Source: Octopus sinensis
Lineage: Eukaryota
Assembly: GCF_006345805.1 (NCBI RefSeq)
Contig: NC_043011.1
Coordinates: 20,162,464 to 20,226,463 of the forward strand
DNA length: 64,000 nucleotides
Reading direction: 5' to 3'
A model generated the notes under the pieces. It saw nothing but the letters and a program-made list of their open reading frames with translations, made no database searches and was not told where the DNA came from. Positions 27,170 through 41,300 of this stretch are shown in pieces. Every line of letters starts with the position of its first letter. The stretch's first letter is position 1. The translations under genes were made by a program, and so were the position numbers.

Positions 27170-27660
27170 TTTTACATCACACATCTGTGACCTCTTCAGC
27201 GAGACTTTACGTCTTCGTGTGTGTTCTTGCTCCATTTTTCCGTGGGGAAGCACACAATCTCCCTATTTTTAATGCGCTGTATGAGCTTGCGCAGGCCACT
27301 TGCGGAATTTTTCTCGAGTTGCTGCACTTCTCTTCCACTCACACTTATATATTGCACTAAAACGTGTCTAAGTTTAGTTTTGGCTATGGTGAAGCGTGCT
27401 TCTAATTCGTCATTTGTCTGTTGAGGGATGCAAACTCTTTTGTTGAAAGGTAATGTTGTCGGATAAATACGACTCATATCGTACGATAGAGGCGACACAC
27501 ACACACACACATACACACACCCACATGTGCACACACGTACAGCCACGGATGCAGACGTATGCGCAATAAAAGGATACACATCATAGAACAGAAGTGGAGC
27601 AAGACCACACACGAAGACAGAAAGTGTCGCTGAAGGGGTCACATGTGTGAAGAAAGATTT
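27170..27660. mobile_element. Penelope-like remnant bracketed by ~60-bp inverted repeats
   Basis: Minus-strand SGLRKLIQRIKNREIVCFPTEK resembles the PLE pre-RT region. 27173-27238 and ~27591-27650 are inverted copies containing CTGAAG(A/G)GGTCAC. Confidence 0.5.
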
Positions 27661-27794
27661 CTAGACAATGAACACGAGTTAGACTCAAAACAGTAATAAA
27701 CGAGTGAAAAACGAATATACTGTGCGTGTGTTCATTTGGCAAAAAAATGACCATCCGGAAATACCAAACTATGTGTGTTCGCGCGTGTATTTAT

Positions 27795-27944
27795 GTATAG
27801 ATAGATAGAGAGATCGATAGGTAGATAGGTAGATAGATAGATCGATAGGTAGATAGATAGAGAAAGAGAGAGAGAGCGATAGAGAGATAGATAGAGAGAT
27901 AGGTAGATAAGTAGGTAGGTAGCTAGATAGATAGACACACAGAC

Positions 27945-27975
<31 letters not shown>

Positions 27976-28004
27976 GATAGATAGATAGATAGATAGATAG
28001 ATAT

Positions 28005-28087
<83 letters not shown>

Positions 28088-28102
28088 CAGACAGACAGAC
28101 AG
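27795..28102. repeat. (GATA)n/(GACA)n/(GA)n compound microsatellite
   Basis: Seen directly. Confidence 0.95.
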
Positions 28103-28489
28103 CTAGTTTCAATACTATCTGAGTAATAACTATAATGTGCATTTAAAAGCTAATTTGCTCTAAGCATATGTAATAAGCAGGGTTATTCCTTCTACTGGAA
28201 CATATGGAACTCCGTTAGTGTATTCAGAATTTATATAAAAATTCATACAGGAAGGAATGAACAACCTTTAATTAGAAACACAACAATTGTCAGTGTGGAA
28301 TATTAACTGCAGTTAGTTGCCATAGCTAGCCATGGTAAGAACGATCATGGAAAAGTTAAATAACATCTGGAGCATCAAATGTGACCTAAGTTAAAATTAA
28401 GACTAGTGCGTGCGCCCAATTGGCCAACGTCCAATTGGCCAAAAGGCATTTGATTGCGAATTATGCATTCTGAAAAAAATTGAAGAGAA

Positions 28490-28810
28490 CATAATCAACG
28501 TGTTTGCAATGTGAATGTATAAGAAAATGTTATAATTTTCTCACGAGGATCATCGGACAGATCAATGGATGGTTCAAGAAGGTGAAAGACGTCAACTCTT
28601 GAATATTGTGAAAAAAACAAAAGCTCATCTATTATGGTCAAAATCGAAGAAGCAGAGGTTTGGAAAATGTCATCATGGAAGGATGAATAAAGAGCAGTAG
28701 ATCAAGAGGCAAGCAAAGAATGCGATGGACAATATCAAGAACTGGATGGACAAGAGTGGAAAGCAGTTGAAGAAGTTGATCTTAATCGAAAAACACCTTC
28801 GCTGTGGTGG
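28490..28810 (+). mobile_element. RTE-type LINE C-terminal remnant
   Basis: Decayed K.KLIYYG....RGLENVIMEG.IKSSRSRGKQRMRW.DNIKNW pattern. Confidence 0.55.
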
Positions 28811-28879
28811 CATGTATATGCTGCAGGTTTATGATACATGACGATGGCGCATTTTGATTTATGCCGAGAGATACACACA

Positions 28880-29330
28880 CGAGCATCCCTGGTCCCTTTC
28901 ACCTCTTAATCTTTAACCTCGACCAAATCATATCCATTTCTACAATTATCAGTTCATTTGACCATGACCATTGCTTCATTACAACTGCCAGAAACACAAC
29001 CTACAAAACATCGCTCCCTTCTCCCTTGAACCCTTGGCATCTCAAATCAACAGATTCGTAGGATCTCAGCCAGTTTTATGAAAGTTATCCCTGGAAGCGG
29101 ATATTCTGTACTCTGCGCTAATCTCTCATCTCTTGGTTTTGAACATTCCTATTAGATTGCACCATTGCGTCATGTGTTAACGGAACACTTTCTATCTTAT
29201 CCTCAATCAAACTTTGGGTTCCCTAGGGTGTGGTTTTATCACCCACTCTTTACATCAATGAGCCACCTGCCACTACATACAACGACTGCTCTCAAGTCGA
29301 TGACACGACTCTCCTTTATCTAATCTTCCC
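28880..29330 (+). mobile_element. CR1/Jockey-like LINE RT remnant
   Basis: Decayed VNGTLS..SI..WVP*GVVLSPTL and DDTTL motifs. Confidence 0.5.
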
Positions 29331-29495
29331 CCAACCATGCCTCTCACAAACGCCACATAGAAACCTCATGCCAAAAGTTGCATTTATTCCATAAACAGAG
29401 ATAATAGAAGCATCCATGAGTCGGTACATGTATATATATGAGTGTGTATCTGTATATATGTATATATACATCCTTATACATATAGTTATATATAC

Positions 29496-29548
<53 letters not shown>

Positions 29549-29792
29549 TATATATACATATATAAACGTTGTTATATAAACATTCATATATGTGTGTGTG
29601 TTTGTGCGTGTGTGCTCCGTGTGCTGTGTGTGTGTATGTGTGTGTAACATCCACTATAATAGACTTACCAGTATTCCGGTTGGCTTAACCATTCTTAAGT
29701 TATTTAAAACATTCCACATAATTATACACTCATGTATTTCTATATCTAGCTATAATTCTCTGAGTGTGTGAGAGAGAGGGAGAGAGAGAGAG

Positions 29793-29875
<83 letters not shown>

Positions 29876-32431
29876 ATGTGTGTGCGCAGTGCTTGCATAT
29901 TTCTAAACGTACATATTTATGTTGTTGTTGTTTTTTTGCCATATATAATAACCTGAAATATTTCAATATTGCAGAGATAAATCTTTAGACGTATATGTCA
30001 ACGTTGCCACCATCATGAGTCTATCTGTTTGCATATTCATCACCTTTTAGTTTTGGTGTATATAACAAATTTACTTTTCCTTGATAATCTTTGTAGTATC
30101 TCGGATATGTATGCTTATATACGACACTCTGTCACAAGAGTAGAATGAAAATAGCTGGATTTTAATAACCTACACCACAAAAGATCTCGCTGAACTAAAA
30201 CTAAGATGAATAACAAGACCAGCAAAGCAACAGAAAAGAATCTAAACACAAATAACGAGTCAATTGATTTATCTTTTGATATTCTCCAGTATTAGTTTAA
30301 ACAGTATTTGATATGCAGCAGATACAACAAAGTTATCAGCTGTCCCATAACCCCACTGGTCAAATTCACTTCACATGCAGATTGCATATCAATGAATAGG
30401 TTTCTTCAAATAGCTTTGAATGTAGGCTGAAGCTACTAATCGCTTGCTATGTATTGATTTATATCCTGCCATTGTGTGAATCTTTAGTGATCCAGGTTTA
30501 TTCCCTTACAGCATGCATCTAATATGATTATGCAGGAGTACCCAACATAATCAAATATGACTGCTGATTTAATTCAAGTTTTTATATTCAACTTTCTTTT
30601 TTATATTCCATCTCACACTTTTGCATGATATACAGGGTTTGCTCTTAGAGTAATAGAATTTTCCCATTTCTTATTTTCTTCCATTATCTTCGGCAAAAGA
30701 ACCGTTTAATATGCACTTATATCAGTCTGTCCGTTCATAGATATCCGGATGAAATGGACCTATCATTATCTCCTGTATATTTTGACGTTAAGTGGAAGAG
30801 ACGAAAATCCCAACATCCATAGATCACCAGATGAATCACGAATCAACGTGGTCGCTCGCACACTCTTAAATCATTCTTCACCGTTTTAAGAGAACGTATT
30901 AGATAAATTTGTGATCTTGCGTTTCCTGCACATAGGAAAATACAGGTTGGTCACTGTTTGAATGTCATTCCTTGTGTCAATAAATACCACACAATAAAAC
31001 ACCAGTCGTCAAGTCGCCATCACCCAAGTTATTGCTACACACAACAACCAGTTATTTAGTCCTGGTCATTCAGACTAGCCATCGATGTGTCATTCAACAA
31101 GTCATCATCATTCACAAACACCACTCGTAAAAATCCATCATCCAGTTATACAGCTATCGCAACGCAAAAACACAATTCATCCAGTGATCGCCATTTACAG
31201 ACGCCGGTCATTGCCACCCATACACACAAGTCACTCAGTCATCATTCTACAAAGGTCCACTCATCAAATTATTTTCACTCACAATGATCAGTCATCTAAT
31301 AATTGCTGCTCATTACGTAAATGATTCATTAACGCTTCGCCACTCGCGGACACCAGTTATCTAGTCATCACAATGTAAAGAGACCAGTCATAGCCAGTCA
31401 CAGACACAATCCATCTATTCATCACCGCACACGTTTCAACGAACCAGCCAACGATGAAGCATCTTTGTTTTTCGATTCGTTAGAAATAGCAGATAAATTT
31501 TACCCCAAATCAAACAATTATATTCTTTGTAAAAAGGTGATACATTGGAAATGTGGTCGTTGATTTAATGTATTTGAATATAAAATGAACAGCCACTGCT
31601 GGACCGATTTTTATCATAGGTATCGTATTATAATATCAATTCACAATTAGGATTAACCTCAGGAGGATTTCTGCTTACAAGGTCCGCAAACAAATACTGC
31701 TGGCATGTTAACCGATGTTGAATTAGTTAAGTTAATCCCATGATATGACAACGTGATCAGTATTGACCAGAGAATAAACAATATGAATAACTATTATATA
31801 CATTTAAGTAGGTTAATGTTCTTATATTTTAGCCCCAAATTGGCCCTGGTCATACAGACTTTATGAATAAGATCATCTATGTCATGACAACCCCGTCATA
31901 TTTTAACTCGGATTATATGTGTATTTTTCTCAGATAGCAAGATATGGTTTAAGAGCGATCTCGCTTCTCTTTCTAGTAGATTGAGCAAACACATAGAAGC
32001 TCCCCAGTTGATTCCAAATGAATAGGTAATGCAACAGAGTAGTATAATTTCAAATTAGAGGCGACATCAACGCGGTTAGATTTTTTACTGTCTAGTAGGT
32101 ACTTTAATGAATGAAACAGGGAAATATTATATGCCTGGTTCCCTTCTACGTAAATCGCAACAGGATTAGAGAAACTTAACTGACTATATTACGGGCCAAC
32201 AGACTTTTGGGGCAAGCTACCAAGAACATAAATGTATAACTGTAAAAATATATTACTCATCTTAAATGTTGTGGTTTAAGAAAATAGATATGCGTTCTGT
32301 TTTGGAGGATACGTAGCGCCCCTCAACTTTGAAGGCTCTCTGAGGCTGTATATATTGATAGTATAATGTTAATTTTAAACCACTGTAGAAATTAGGTGTT
32401 TGGTAAAAAGATTTCAAGAGCTTTATTGTTC

Positions 32432-32544
32432 TGATGAAGAAATCGTAGATAAAATATAGATTGAAAGGAGTAGAAATCGTAGATAAAATAAAGTTTGGAA
32501 GGAGTAGAAATCGTAGATAAAACATAGTTTGAAAGGAGTAGAAA
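32432..32544 (+). repeat. 34-bp minisatellite, left part (~3 units), interrupted by the insert at 32545
   Basis: Unit GAAAGGAGTAGAAATCGTAGATAAAAT(A/G)(T/A)AGTTT; the array resumes at 42444. Confidence 0.9.
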
Positions 32545-33373
32545 TCTTTATATATATAAAACTGAGAATGTGTGTCTGTCTCTCTGTCTGTGTGTTTCCC
32601 TAAAACTTGAGAACTACACAACCAATTTCATTCAACTTTTACACATGCCTTACTTAGGGTCCGGGGAGTGTCATCGGCAAAAAGGATTTTGAACTTTTTG
32701 CCTAGGGCGAGCCCACGGTCATATCATATCTTCTCCATTACCATTCCCTAAAACTTGAGAACTATACAACCAATTCCATTCAAATTTTACACATGCCTTA
32801 CTTAGGGTCCATGTAGTTTCATGGGCAAAAAAATGTTCAATTTCTTGCCTAGAGCGGGCCCATATCAATATCATATCTTCTCCTTTATTTCAGTATTACG
32901 TGTTAAAAGTGTAACAAAAACGTTTCTCTATTTTATGTCAGATACTTTCACTTTAACAATAAAAATAATAATAACAATTGAATTATATGTAGTAAGTAAT
33001 AATTAAAATCCAACTAAAGTAACATGATAAAAGTAAAAATAGCAATTGGTATAAAATTGCATCAATGATTTGAACTTGAATAAGTGGTTTCACATGAATG
33101 GGAATAAATTAAAAATGAAATTAGCGTGCAGAAATGGAATAGTCCAGATGGATAATAAAAAATTAAATTAAATAAAAGACTATTGTCTATAAAGTATACA
33201 ATGTAGAGAAAAAAGGTCGCGTTTTTTTGCGCTCTGTAAAATTCGGTTAAAAAAAAAAAAAAGAAAAAACAACAAAAAGTGAATTGTGGTTGGTGCGGTT
33301 TCGCGTCGCACTGGTTCTGTGCGTCGCACGTTTTCTGTTCGGGAGGCCGTTTTTCGGTCTGAGGCGACTATGA

Positions 33374-34644
33374 GCCGCCTCTACCAAACGGATTAGATGG
33401 AAGTCAACAGAAAAAGAGATAGACCTGGCTAAGTTGACGGACTTCCAGGAGTTCATGAAGGAGGAGGAGAACGGAGAGGTTGAGCTGTTGCCTCTAGCAG
33501 GGCGCGGAGACTGGTTCCATCGTAGAACCATTAAATATAAAGTATTTATGAATGGAGGTAGAAAAATGGAAGTGATTAACATGGAAGCAATTGAAGAGGC
33601 TTTCAAACGGACAGGAGAAGAAATTGTGTACATGACAAAAGGATTAGAATATGGAACCATAACGGTACAATTTAAAAGTGAGAAAGCAGCCAGGAATATA
33701 GCAGCCAAGGTGGTGAGTACAGAAAAGTTTTACTTGTTCCCCTCGTATTTGAATAGAAGGACCACCAGAATTAGGGTGGAAGGAATACCTCCACACCTAG
33801 AGGGCGAATTAATAACGGCTGCGGTTATCAAAGGAAATGAAGATAAAGTGGACATCCTCCACGCCATTATGAAATATGAAGGCGTGAGAGGTGCCACACT
33901 AGTAATGAACATACAGACGGAGGCGGAAGTTATAGAAAAGCTTACGGACAGTATAAAAACTGGAAATATTATTATGAGAGTGTGGGTGGAGGGTAGGGCG
34001 CCCAGGTGCTACAAGTGTGGCATGAGGGGTCACATAAGAGCCTACTGCCCTCCACCACTAAAGGAAAAAGAAAAGGAAATCGTCGCGGAAGCCCCAAAAG
34101 AGGAAGAAACCAAAGAGAACCAAAGGGAAAAAGAAACGACAGAAGAAGAGGAGATGCAACAAGAGTGGGAAGAAGGAAGAAAAAGAGAAAAAGAAAGAAA
34201 AAGAAAAACTGTGCGAAGCCCCAACCCACCCCAACACCGCCCGCACCCTCTGAATCCCACCCTTCCCCTGCAGACAGTGAACCCACCCGCTCCCCTCCAA
34301 CAAGAAAACAAAAGAAAAATAACAATACAGACAGACAAGAGTTTGAAAACGAACCCAGGCCGAACATTTATATTGTGACTGAACAGAAAGAGGTTGAAAG
34401 GGTAATGGAGGAGTATGAATGGTATGAAATGGATGGGACCAGATATGCAGTGCTGGAAAAGAAGAATATAGATGAGTTTGTGTTGAGGTGTGAAAGGGAG
34501 AATTGGGAGGTGAAAGATACAAGAATGAGCGATGAATTCGTGGAATATATGGAGGACAGTTTCGGAGTAAGAATGGATATGGATGGTCTTCGTATTGGGA
34601 ATGAACATTCAGGTGACAGTGAAAACAAAAGGACAGGTAAGTGA
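33374..34644 (+). pseudogene. ORF1a: L1/Tx1-type ORF1 (RRM-like, CCHC knuckle CYKCGMRGHIRAYC, E/K tract, P-rich linker, C-terminal domain), frameshifted
   Basis: ORFs 33434..34378 and 34006..34644. Probable frameshift near 34200; start codon region also out of frame. Confidence 0.8.
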
Positions 34645-34945
34645 TGCTGGCGGAGGGGGCCGTTAGCATCGCTTTCATATTATCATTTTTTCATTTTCAT
34701 TTGCTCATAAATTTAATCATATTGTTCTATGTCCCCCATGTTTTGTTATGTCCGCCATTCTTCGTAGCCCCTGGTGGGTAATAAAGAAATAACATGTCCG
34801 AAATCTACCCACGTGTGTTGTGAGTTATTTTGTATGTGAAAATTGGAAAAAAAACTGTTAAAAAATTGTCAAAAAATTGAATCGCGCGAGGCGTTTGCCG
34901 CTGCGTGTTTGAACCTTTTATAAAAGGTGTGTCGACCCTCAAGTC

Positions 34946-36423
34946 ATGGAGACTTACGCGGGGGTCGCCACAACAAAAAGTGACGAGTCTCTTAGAATAA
35001 AAGAAGTGTTCTTTAGAAAAGAACAATTGAAGGAATACGAGAAGTACGTCAAAAGGGAGGGTGACAGCGTGAAGCTGGTCCCGCCTGTTGAAACAATAGA
35101 AGAGAGAAATAACAAGACGATAACGTATAGAACGCACGATAAGAACACGAGAAAACTGGTGAGAGTGACTATTGAAGAAATAGAGAAATGTCTGGGGGAC
35201 ATCATGAAAAAAGCGACTTTTGTAGACAGAGGGTAGAAATATGGTACGGTGGAGGTGAGATGCGCAACAAAGGAAGTGGCGGCCTCATTGGCTTCCACTG
35301 TCCTGAAAGCGGAAAATTTCACCATGTGGCCGACGTATAAAGGAAGACGAGGGGTACGGGTAAGAGTCCCAAAGGTGCCCCCAGATATTAAAACAGAAAT
35401 GCTGGTAACAGCCATTATTGGAGCAGCAAAAGAGGAAGTAGAAATAGGGTCAATTAAGGAGACGAACGTTGTAAATTGGAAGGGATTCGGAGTAGAGTTG
35501 TGGCTGATGGCCACAATGGAAGACATCGAAAGATTTCCCTTCCAAATAGAAATAGAAAACGAGAAAACAATTAGTGTAATAGTGGAAGGCAGAAACCGAA
35601 TTGCTACCTGTGCGGATCAAGAGGGCACATAAAAAAGGAATGCCCGTTGTATGAATTCACAGCGGAGCAAATAGAGACACAAAGTGGAGAGAAGGAAAAC
35701 GAATACGAAGGAAAGAACAGCGAAAACAAGGAAAAGGAAATAACGGAGAAACAACAAGAGAAGGGAAGTAACAGCGCACTGAAGGAAAATGAAAACAAAA
35801 GGAAGATAGTAGAAAAGGAGCAAAATTCACAGGGTGCAGAAGTAGTGGAGAAGGAGCCAAGGCAGAAGCAAGAGAAAGAAAAGGAAAGTACATTAAAGGA
35901 AAGAGAAAAAGCAGGAAAAGAACAAGAGAAGGAACAGAACCAAGAGAAAGGAAAAGATGGTATGCAAAAAGGAAAAGAAACAACAGGAAAGGAACTTAAG
36001 GCACAGGGTAGAGAGACGGCAGACAAAGAGCCAAATAGACAAGAGAAGGAAAAAGAAAGAAGAGAAAGCAAAAAGAGAGAAAGAGAGAAACCGAGGGAGG
36101 AGAAAAAAGAGGAAGTAAGTCCTAAGAGAAAAACTAGAGAAAACGTAGGTACGAATAGAAAATTCAAATACTATGGAACGTTGATCCATCACAGGCACTG
36201 TGAGGAGATGGAAGATTTAATAAACGTAACAAATGGAAATACGTGGGTCAGGGTGGGCACCGAATGGAAAGAAACAGGTGCACTCGTCCACGAGAACGAC
36301 GCCGAGGCGTTCATCGAGGCAGCTGGCAAGAACGTGTCAAAACATATGAAATGCCGACTTACAAGGTGGCCACGAACGATGGAAGTTTACTCAGATTTGG
36401 TAGAGATAATGGAGTATATATAA
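34946..36423 (+). pseudogene. ORF1b: second ORF1 paralogue (knuckle CYLCGSRGHIKKEC), with one in-frame stop and one frameshift
   Basis: ORFs 34946..35236 and 35249..35632 are in the same frame with TAG at 35234. A 1-bp loss near 35592 leads into 35647..36423. Confidence 0.8.
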
Positions 36424-36947
36424 AAGAAATGGTATTGTGAAAACTTAATTTGGAAATGATAAAAAGAACTTTAAATTCTGGAAAAAAAAAAAAGAAATGT
36501 TGAACTTTGTAAAACTTTTGAAATGTATGTTGAAAATGTAAAAAATGTTTTATTTGGAAGATATTGTTGACGAATACAAAACAAATGACGAAATGTAACC
36601 GCTCGATTTCGGGGATCGAGTGGGCATTACACCACATTGTACAAACTTCATAATTCATTATTCATTTTCCCGATTGTATTGTCCCATCTATGTAGCCCCT
36701 AGTGGGTAATAATAAAACAACATGGAGGAAATCAATTTTTTGCGTTTATTAGTAAGTTGATATATTTTTGCTCTCGTACTATTATCTCTGTTACTATATA
36801 CTGTTGGTCTACCTGTTTTGTCTATTGTTGTCTAACTGACGAAGTCAGCCTTCGCGCGATGACTTCGCGTTGGTGTTCCCCCCTCCGTGGGGGAAAACTA
36901 CAATTAATTTGGATTTACCAAAGGCTTGTTAAAGCCATTTGTTCAAG

Positions 36948-38325
36948 ATGGAGTCCCCCATCTCTTATTCGCCCGTGACGAGCGAGGATGAATACCCGGC
37001 GTTGTCGCCAAGAAAAAAAGAGGCGTTGTCGCCAAGAAAAAAAGAGGCGTTGTCGCCGAAGAAAAAAGAGGCGGCGTCGCCCAAGAAAATGGAAAACCCA
37101 GTACCAGCATCAACTCCAGCGAAAAAATTCGCTGAAGTGGCTGGGAAAAAGATTAAAAAAATAAATGTAGAAAATTTGGAAAAATTTGCAGACTGTGTAA
37201 AAACAGAGGGCACAGAAGTGACTGTGGCCACAAACATACAAAAACATAACGATATAGAAAACAAAAGAATAATATATAAAACTTACGACACAACGACAAA
37301 AATGATCCAAAAAATCGAAGAAAAAATATAGAGTTTTGTCTAAAACCTTTAATGGATAAAATAACGTATATAAACAGAGGAAAAAGATACGGCACAGTGG
37401 AGGTGCGTTTTACTACGGAGGAGATAGCGAAAAAACTATCGATGGAGCCGATCAAAACAGAAAACATTGTCTTACTACCATTGTATAAAGGAAAAAGGAC
37501 GTCGAAAATTTCAATGAACAACATACCGCCAGAGGCAGATGCAGAATGTCTGGTGGCAGCAGTGATGGTAGGCCTGGAGGAAAAAATAAACATCCTCCAG
37601 GCCACAGTGGAGGAAGAGGAGTTTTGGAAAGGGCAGAAAATAGTGATAGCCATTCAGGCGGAGGTGCAAACACTGGAAGAAATTCCAGAAACGGTAAAGA
37701 TTAGTGAAGACGAGAAAATAACAGTTTTCGTGGAGGGCAGGAAGCCGAGGTGCTTCGGCTGCGGCAAGAAGGGTCATGTAAGGGCGGAATGCCAACCCCA
37801 ACCCAAACCGCAAGAAGCACCTAAGCCAAGAGAAAAAGAAGATAATGTGTCACCAGAAGCAGCGTCGGACGGCCCAGAAGGGAAGACTGAAGGTGTGGAG
37901 GTGACGGTGACAGCAGAACCAGCGGCGGAGGAAAAAAAGAGCGAGGAAAAGATAAATGAGGAGGGGTGGGCAAAAATTACCGGAAAAAAAAAAGAAAAAC
38001 GGAAACCACCCCTCCCAGAGTAATTTTAAAAAAGAAAAGAGAGTCAATGAACTCGTATATGGCCGTAAAGGCAGCAAATAGCAGACTCGGAAACGTGTTG
38101 GCAGCCATGGCCAAAGTGGAGAAAGTAGTGAAAAAAATCGACTTTGTAATTTACAGAATAGGCCGGAAGGATTACGGGCGGATAAAGTCAGAATTCTTCC
38201 ATGACGTAGGCCCACTTAGATTGGATGTGACATCTCCACATATATTCGAGGGCCTAAGTCAGACTCCCCCACGAGGCCCAGAAAAAGAGTTAGAAGAACA
38301 AGAGAAAACCGAACCACTGATATAA
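36948..38325 (+). pseudogene. ORF1c: ORF1 of the autonomous LINE (knuckle CFGCGKKGHVRAEC), with two frameshifts in A-runs
   Basis: ORFs 36939..37331, 37352..38023 and 37966..38325. The N-terminus contains ALSP(R/K)KKE repeats. Ends 9 nt before the ORF2 ATG. Confidence 0.8.
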
Positions 38326-38334
38326 AGGTAAGTA

Positions 38335-41300
38335 ATGGATTACATTTATGTTGGTTGTTTGAATGTGCGCGGCCTGGGAGCAGGCTGGAAGCAAGGTCGC
38401 TTCCTGCATGATATCAGGTCGCGTAATTTAGATGTTATTGTTGCTACAGAAACCCGGTTAGAGGGGCCAAGAGGTCTACTCCCGCTGTTTGACGGCTACG
38501 AGAGTTTTTTCTCTCCTGGCAGTCCTACAGGCGGGAGTGGGGTGTTGGTCCTATTAAAAAGAAACCGGGTTTCTGAGAAAAAGTTAATTTTTGCAGATCC
38601 AGAAGGTAGGCTGGTCGTCATGGATTTGACGTTCAGTAATGGTAAAGTTATCAGACTGGTTGCAATTTACGCACCCAACCATACAGGGCAAAGTGATTAT
38701 TTTCGTGAACTAGAAAACTTTCTTGGTACTTCGCATTCATTAGTGGTGCTAGGAGACTTTAACACAATTTGCAAAGCGGATGTAGATTGTGTTGGCTCGC
38801 GTCAAGATAGAAAAGGCAACAGTGGCTTCATGGAACTGCTAAGCCGCTTTGAGCTAGCAGATCCTTATAGGCTGGAATTTCCGAACGCTCCATTGTGGAC
38901 ATGGTCAAACAGCGACGGATCTTCCAGGTCATATTTAGATAGAATACTAATTAGAAAAGTAGACAGTAAAATAGCTAAGTGTCCACAGTTTTACCCGATC
39001 AGCTACAGTGATCATAAAATGGTCACTTGTAAGCTTGACATAGATAAGGTTAAAAATAGAGGATCCGGTTACTGGAAACTTAATACGTCCCTTTTGGCGA
39101 TTAAGGAGTACAAAGACCGGATTAGGAATATAATTCAGAGGGCACTATCTGGTACCATCATTAATAACAAATGGTGGTACGCCCTCAAACGAGCCATCAA
39201 GTTTGAGTCTATTAGATATAGCATAGGAGTAGTGGCTAGAGAGGCTAGAAGGGAAACTACTCTAGTTAAGGAATTAGAGGAAGCCATGAAAACTGGCTCT
39301 GCGGCTCAGGTGGCGTCCAAGAGACTGGTGTTAAACCAGCACCTCGAGGCCAAACACATGGGCTGCATTGTCAGGGCTAGAATCCGCCATATGGGATGTG
39401 AAGGAATCAACGCCGTGAGATGGGCCCGAGTGGTGGAAGCTCAGCATGGTAACGATGCCACGATTCGATCTTTGACGAACCAACAAGGTGAGTTGATAAA
39501 CGAACCCGAGGAGATGTGTGAGGCCTTTCAGGAGCACTTCGCTCAGCTTTTCGGTGAGTGCGGCGGACTGGATAGGAGGAGGGCCTTTACGGACCTACTC
39601 GACGGGCTGCCGCGCTTATCGGGGCGAGATGCGGAGGGCTGTGAAGGGCCAATCACGCCTGAGGAGGTGGTTGAGGCAATGGCGGACTGCGGCGCGGGCA
39701 AGGCGCCGGGTTTGGATGGTCTACCCTATGAGTTATATAAGAGTATGCCAGACTTGTTCGGGCACCTACTGGCGGAGGTCTATGCGAACTGGCAGCAGAA
39801 CGGGCTTATACCCAGATCTGTGCGCCGGGGAGTAGTGACTCTCGTCAGAAAGGACCCGAGCAAGGGGGAGTGCATTGATAATTTCAGGCCCATCACTCTG
39901 CTAAACACAGAGTTGAAGATTTTGGCCAAAGTGTTATCGAAAAGATTGGCGCGTGTCGCGGATGGTCTGATCGGAGAGGCACAGACATGTGCCGTTCCGG
40001 GCAATCCATTCAGGATAATCTCCATCTAATGCGGTACACTATAGAGGGGTTTAATAGTGATTCTGGCAAGGGTGGGGCACTGGTCCATTTAGACCAATCT
40101 AAAGCTTTTGATAGGGTCGACCATCGTTACCTGGTATCTGCCCTGGCACAGTTCGGGCTGAGCCTTGGCTTCCTCAGGTGGATTATCCAAATTTATGATA
40201 ACATCGACTCGGTAGTTCGGGTGAACGGCTTCTTGTCGAAGCCGTTCAAAATCAAACGCTCGGTTCGTCAAGGGTGTCCGCTCTCCCCGCTTTTGTACGT
40301 GATGGCTCTTGAGCCATTACTGCGAAAACTGAGCGGCATCCCGAGACAGCCAGGTAATGGAAAATCAGTGTCAGCGTACGCGGATGACATCACCATCATC
40401 GTAACCGAAATGGACCACCTATGTAAAGTAGGCAAGGCCATAGAGGTTTACGAGACGGTGACAGGAGCAAAAGTTAATCGCGAAAAGTCAGTCGGCTTGC
40501 AACTCGGCACCTGGAGAGGCAAGTCGATGCCTCCTGACAGCGTCGTGGGACGTTGGACGGAGGGTCCGATTAAACTGCTAGGGGTCTGGTTCGGTCCAGA
40601 CCTCCAAATAGAGAAGAATTGGGGCGAGGTAACGAGCAAGGTGGCTGCAGTAGCCAAGACCTGGTCTTGGCGGTGGCTATCCCTGAAAGGGAGGGCGGAG
40701 GTGGCCAATGTGTTTATCGCATCGGTTATCACCTACCGCCTTTCCGTCGTTCCTTGCCCTGATTCGTGGTTGATCAAGTTGGAAAGACAGCTCTTCTACT
40801 TCTTGTGGAAGGGCGGGAAACCACTTGTGAAACGCTCTACTTGCTGTCAACAACCGTTAAAGGGTGGGCTAGGGATGCCTTGGCTGATGATGCGCAGACA
40901 TGCGCTGAGGTTAAGACATCTGTGGCTCTACCTGGATGGTGAACGGGTGTGGTCTTCGCTAGCAAAACTGATGTTTCCCAAGTTCACTAGTTTCGGTGGA
41001 TGGGAAACCTGGCTGAATCGTAGATCGAAACTTGGTACTTGGTACACGGAGTGTCGCAAGGCTCTCCTGCTATTCCGTCGCTCGGGCAACGCCTGCGGTG
41101 GGGGTTCCACCACATTCTTCTATAGAGGGTTGGTAGAGGCGGAATGTGAAGATACCTTGGGGGAAACCCTAGGTCTCGACGATAATCAGCTGGCCAGTCT
41201 GTTCCGACGTACGTTCAAGCCGAGGACACTGGACAACTTCCAGAAGTCTCTGGCATGGCAATGCTACAGAGGAGCTCTACCTGTTCGGGATAAACTCGCA

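Noticed and set aside
36835-36875. CTGACGA followed by a hairpin in the ORF1c leader (hammerhead-like)
   Set aside because: No GAAA or cleavage triplet follows the stem.
33247-38215. Many antisense ORFs rich in F/S/L over the ORF1 array
   Set aside because: They are shadows of the purine-rich E/K-coding plus strand, with no motifs of their own.
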